Sequence record: NC_061445.1
DNA length: 64,000 nucleotides
Strand: one strand, 5' to 3'
The notes below the pieces were generated by a model. The model had not been told where the DNA came from. It was given only the letters and a program-made list of their open reading frames with translations, and searched no databases. Shown in pieces: positions 62,295-64,000 of the stretch (positions within the stretch are counted from its first letter, which is position 1; each line of letters starts with the position of its first letter). The translations under genes were made by a program, and so were the position numbers.

Positions 62295-63404
62295 CTATCG
62301 GATCTTAAAGCCATTGAAAATGTTGTACGCAACTTCTTTGCGCTGTACGGGACGCGTGGTACACACCCATTCCCATTGTTCGTTTCGTGCTGTGCGCTTC
62401 TTAGGCGCTTCCATAACTTTCAGCACATAGTTTTTGAACGGCAGAACGAGAATGTCTTCTGGTTCTAACGGACCTGATCGAGCGGGCAGCACGACCGTGA
62501 TGTTACCAACAGTCAGCTCCTGATCGTAGTTCAACACGTTCGCTTCTTCGCTGATGTTGCCCTTAACAGGAGGCACACCCAAATCGAAGACGAGCGTACA
62601 ATGCGTGAATGCCTCAACGCCTTTCACGCGCAGCGTAACGTGTTTGCCGCGCCACGGTTCAAGGTTCGCTGCTGTTAGTTCGACTTCAACGCCGTTCAGC
62701 ACAAGCATAGGGCGTGGAAACGCAGGTAGCATTGATTCGTTCAGACGTACCGAATATGTCGCCTGAGTAAAGTATTTTGGGATAAGCTGATCGAAATCCA
62801 CGTAACTGTCTTTGCGCTGCTGTCTGAAAGTTGCAGGGCTGGTGGATTGATCGAGCGTGTAGCCTGATGCGTTTTGAATGTGATGGTGAGTCACCACGTT
62901 GTAGATATAGCCTGTGCTAATAAACCCAGGCACAACGCCCTGCCGATAGCAGATGCCGCAGTTCGCAACGTTACCACCATCCCACTTGACGTCGAACTCT
63001 TCGCCTGTGTCGATACCCATCAGGTCGGCAGCGTCCATTGCAGCGTTCATACCGTCGTCGATATCATCGAGGGTAACTACTTGGCGTCCACCACCAAACA
63101 TACCTTTCGAGACAGTGCCGATCTTAACGCCGCCGTCCATAGAACTGGATTCGCGTCCGAGTGATTTGAGCGCACCGTCTTGGTTATCGAAGATATCGTT
63201 TTCAACTTTGTTGCAGCTACAGGTGAGGCCCATCTTCGCCTTTTTAAAGATGACGATATCGGTGGCGTCCACCTCAAGGGCCTGTTCGACTTTCGACTTC
63301 ACAACCTCTTGGATTGAGTTCAGGCGTTTCTGCACTCGCTCCGTTTCGTAGGTTTTGTGCCTGTCGTATTTATTTCGCTGTTTTCCGCGTTCGATCCAGC
63401 TCAT
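62295..63404 (-). CDS. Putative head-completion/neck protein (369 aa) with CxC and CxxC motifs
   Basis: GAGGAG RBS; TCSCNK and CGICYRQG; beta-rich C-terminus (TVVLP...EDILV); CTAATTT upstream; weak assignment. Confidence 0.45.
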   Translation of the reverse strand: MSWIERGKQRNKYDRHKTYETERVQKRLNSIQEVVKSKVEQALEVDATDIVIFKKAKMGLTCSCNKVENDIFDNQDGALKSLGRESSSMDGGVKIGTVSKGMFGGGRQVVTLDDIDDGMNAAMDAADLMGIDTGEEFDVKWDGGNVANCGICYRQGVVPGFISTGYIYNVVTHHHIQNASGYTLDQSTSPATFRQQRKDSYVDFDQLIPKYFTQATYSVRLNESMLPAFPRPMLVLNGVEVELTAANLEPWRGKHVTLRVKGVEAFTHCTLVFDLGVPPVKGNISEEANVLNYDQELTVGNITVVLPARSGPLEPEDILVLPFKNYVLKVMEAPKKRTARNEQWEWVCTTRPVQRKEVAYNIFNGFKIR

Positions 63405-63426
63405 AATCTTCTCCTCTGTGTGGTTG

Positions 63427-63433
63427 AAATTAG
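63427..63433 (-). promoter_or_regulatory. Class-L motif CTAATTT
   Basis: 23 nt upstream of 63404 in the divergent intergenic region. Confidence 0.55.
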
Positions 63434-63460
63434 TGACTAAAAATTTCTACCTTCGACCTA

Positions 63461-63467
63461 GTAAATA
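63461..63467 (+). promoter_or_regulatory. Class-M motif core GTAAATA on the plus strand
   Basis: 36 nt upstream of the only plus-strand gene. Confidence 0.55.
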
Positions 63468-63502
63468 CTTATTTATACGCATGTCAAGACACGGAGCCTT
63501 TT

Positions 63503-64000
63503 ATGCGTATTCTCTCAGGCGACCCGGGCAAGGTTAACTTCGCGTTGTCTGTTCAAGAGTTTAAGGACAAACGCATTACCGTGCTGGGTACGCGGATGTT
63601 TCAACATCCTATCCAGAACCTGCATTACGATATGCGCCAACCAGTCAAAGAGTTCATGAAAGAGCTTGAAGACATTTGGAAGCGCTATGGACCGTTCGAT
63701 GCAATGTGCTTTGAACGTTTTCAGTCACGCGGATTAGGCGGCAACACCATTGAAGCAATCAGTCTCATGCTAGGTGTTATCTCGCTGTTCGCGCTGAAAA
63801 AGAATTGTCCAATTGATTTGATTACGGCTAGTCAGTGGAAGAACGCGTTTAACCGCTCGATGGATCTCAAGGGGTACTACGCGCAGCACAATCTGACTTC
63901 GAAAAAGAGTCGTAAAGCAATTCACGAATTTGATGCCAGCCTTATCGGCGTCTACACCTTCTACCGTCACTCAGGAATCAAACCATTTGCTGGCTTCCAT
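63503..64000 (+). CDS. ruvC: RuvC-like Holliday junction resolvase (partial, runs off the right edge)
   Basis: ACGGAG RBS; MRILSGDPG, CFERF, ITASQWK, HEFDA acidic RNase H-fold motifs; 166 open codons; absent from the ORF track. Confidence 0.8.
   Translation, partial: MRILSGDPGKVNFALSVQEFKDKRITVLGTRMFQHPIQNLHYDMRQPVKEFMKELEDIWKRYGPFDAMCFERFQSRGLGGNTIEAISLMLGVISLFALKKNCPIDLITASQWKNAFNRSMDLKGYYAQHNLTSKKSRKAIHEFDASLIGVYTFYRHSGIKPFAGFH

Noticed and set aside
550-63351. Numerous plus-strand and nested minus-strand ORFs in the track (e.g. 5322-6467, 25614-26513, 28299-29138, 48575-49555; 37704-38468 on the minus strand)
   Set aside because: They are shadows of long minus-strand genes, lack RBSs and have no recognisable motifs; 37704-38468 overlaps the histone-like gene in another frame and runs through a terminator

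Overview
This 64 kb window is a segment of a large lytic dsDNA phage genome, most likely a jumbo myovirus. It is gene-dense and almost entirely encoded on the minus strand; the only plus-strand gene is a RuvC-like resolvase running off the right end. It contains a tail sheath, an Ig-repeat fibre/decoration cassette and many basic putative virion proteins. Replication/recombination genes include a UDG-like+exo+PolA polymerase, a DnaN-like clamp, a DnaX-like clamp loader, a UvsW-like helicase, SbcC/SbcD, an HNH nuclease and a 1948-aa SNF2 helicase. Accessory enzymes include DHH, J-domain, SLOG, Tlde1/DUF2778, GH108 lysozyme, HAD and an ART-like protein. I saw no tRNA, rRNA, CRISPR array, integrase or transposase. 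My recollection is that this gene set resembles the non-phiKZ 'hairy' enterobacterial jumbo myoviruses; this is unverified inference. Most interesting signals: (1) a ~330-nt gene-free stretch of back-to-back hairpins with minus-strand G:U pairs behind a late-type motif, a candidate novel phage ncRNA (54758-55087); (2) an N-terminal M-E/Q-I-x-V-S-L-S peptide on five otherwise unrelated proteins, within a wider N-terminal S-x-S(A) pattern, a candidate capsid-targeting/protease propeptide system; (3) a second, compact Pol-A-fold protein (59552-61129) beside a GCTA-repeat non-coding region (candidate origin); (4) two strand-specific upstream motifs, CTGTAAATA and CTAATTT, that roughly separate replication genes from structural genes. 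All family calls come from motif recognition by eye; no searches were run.
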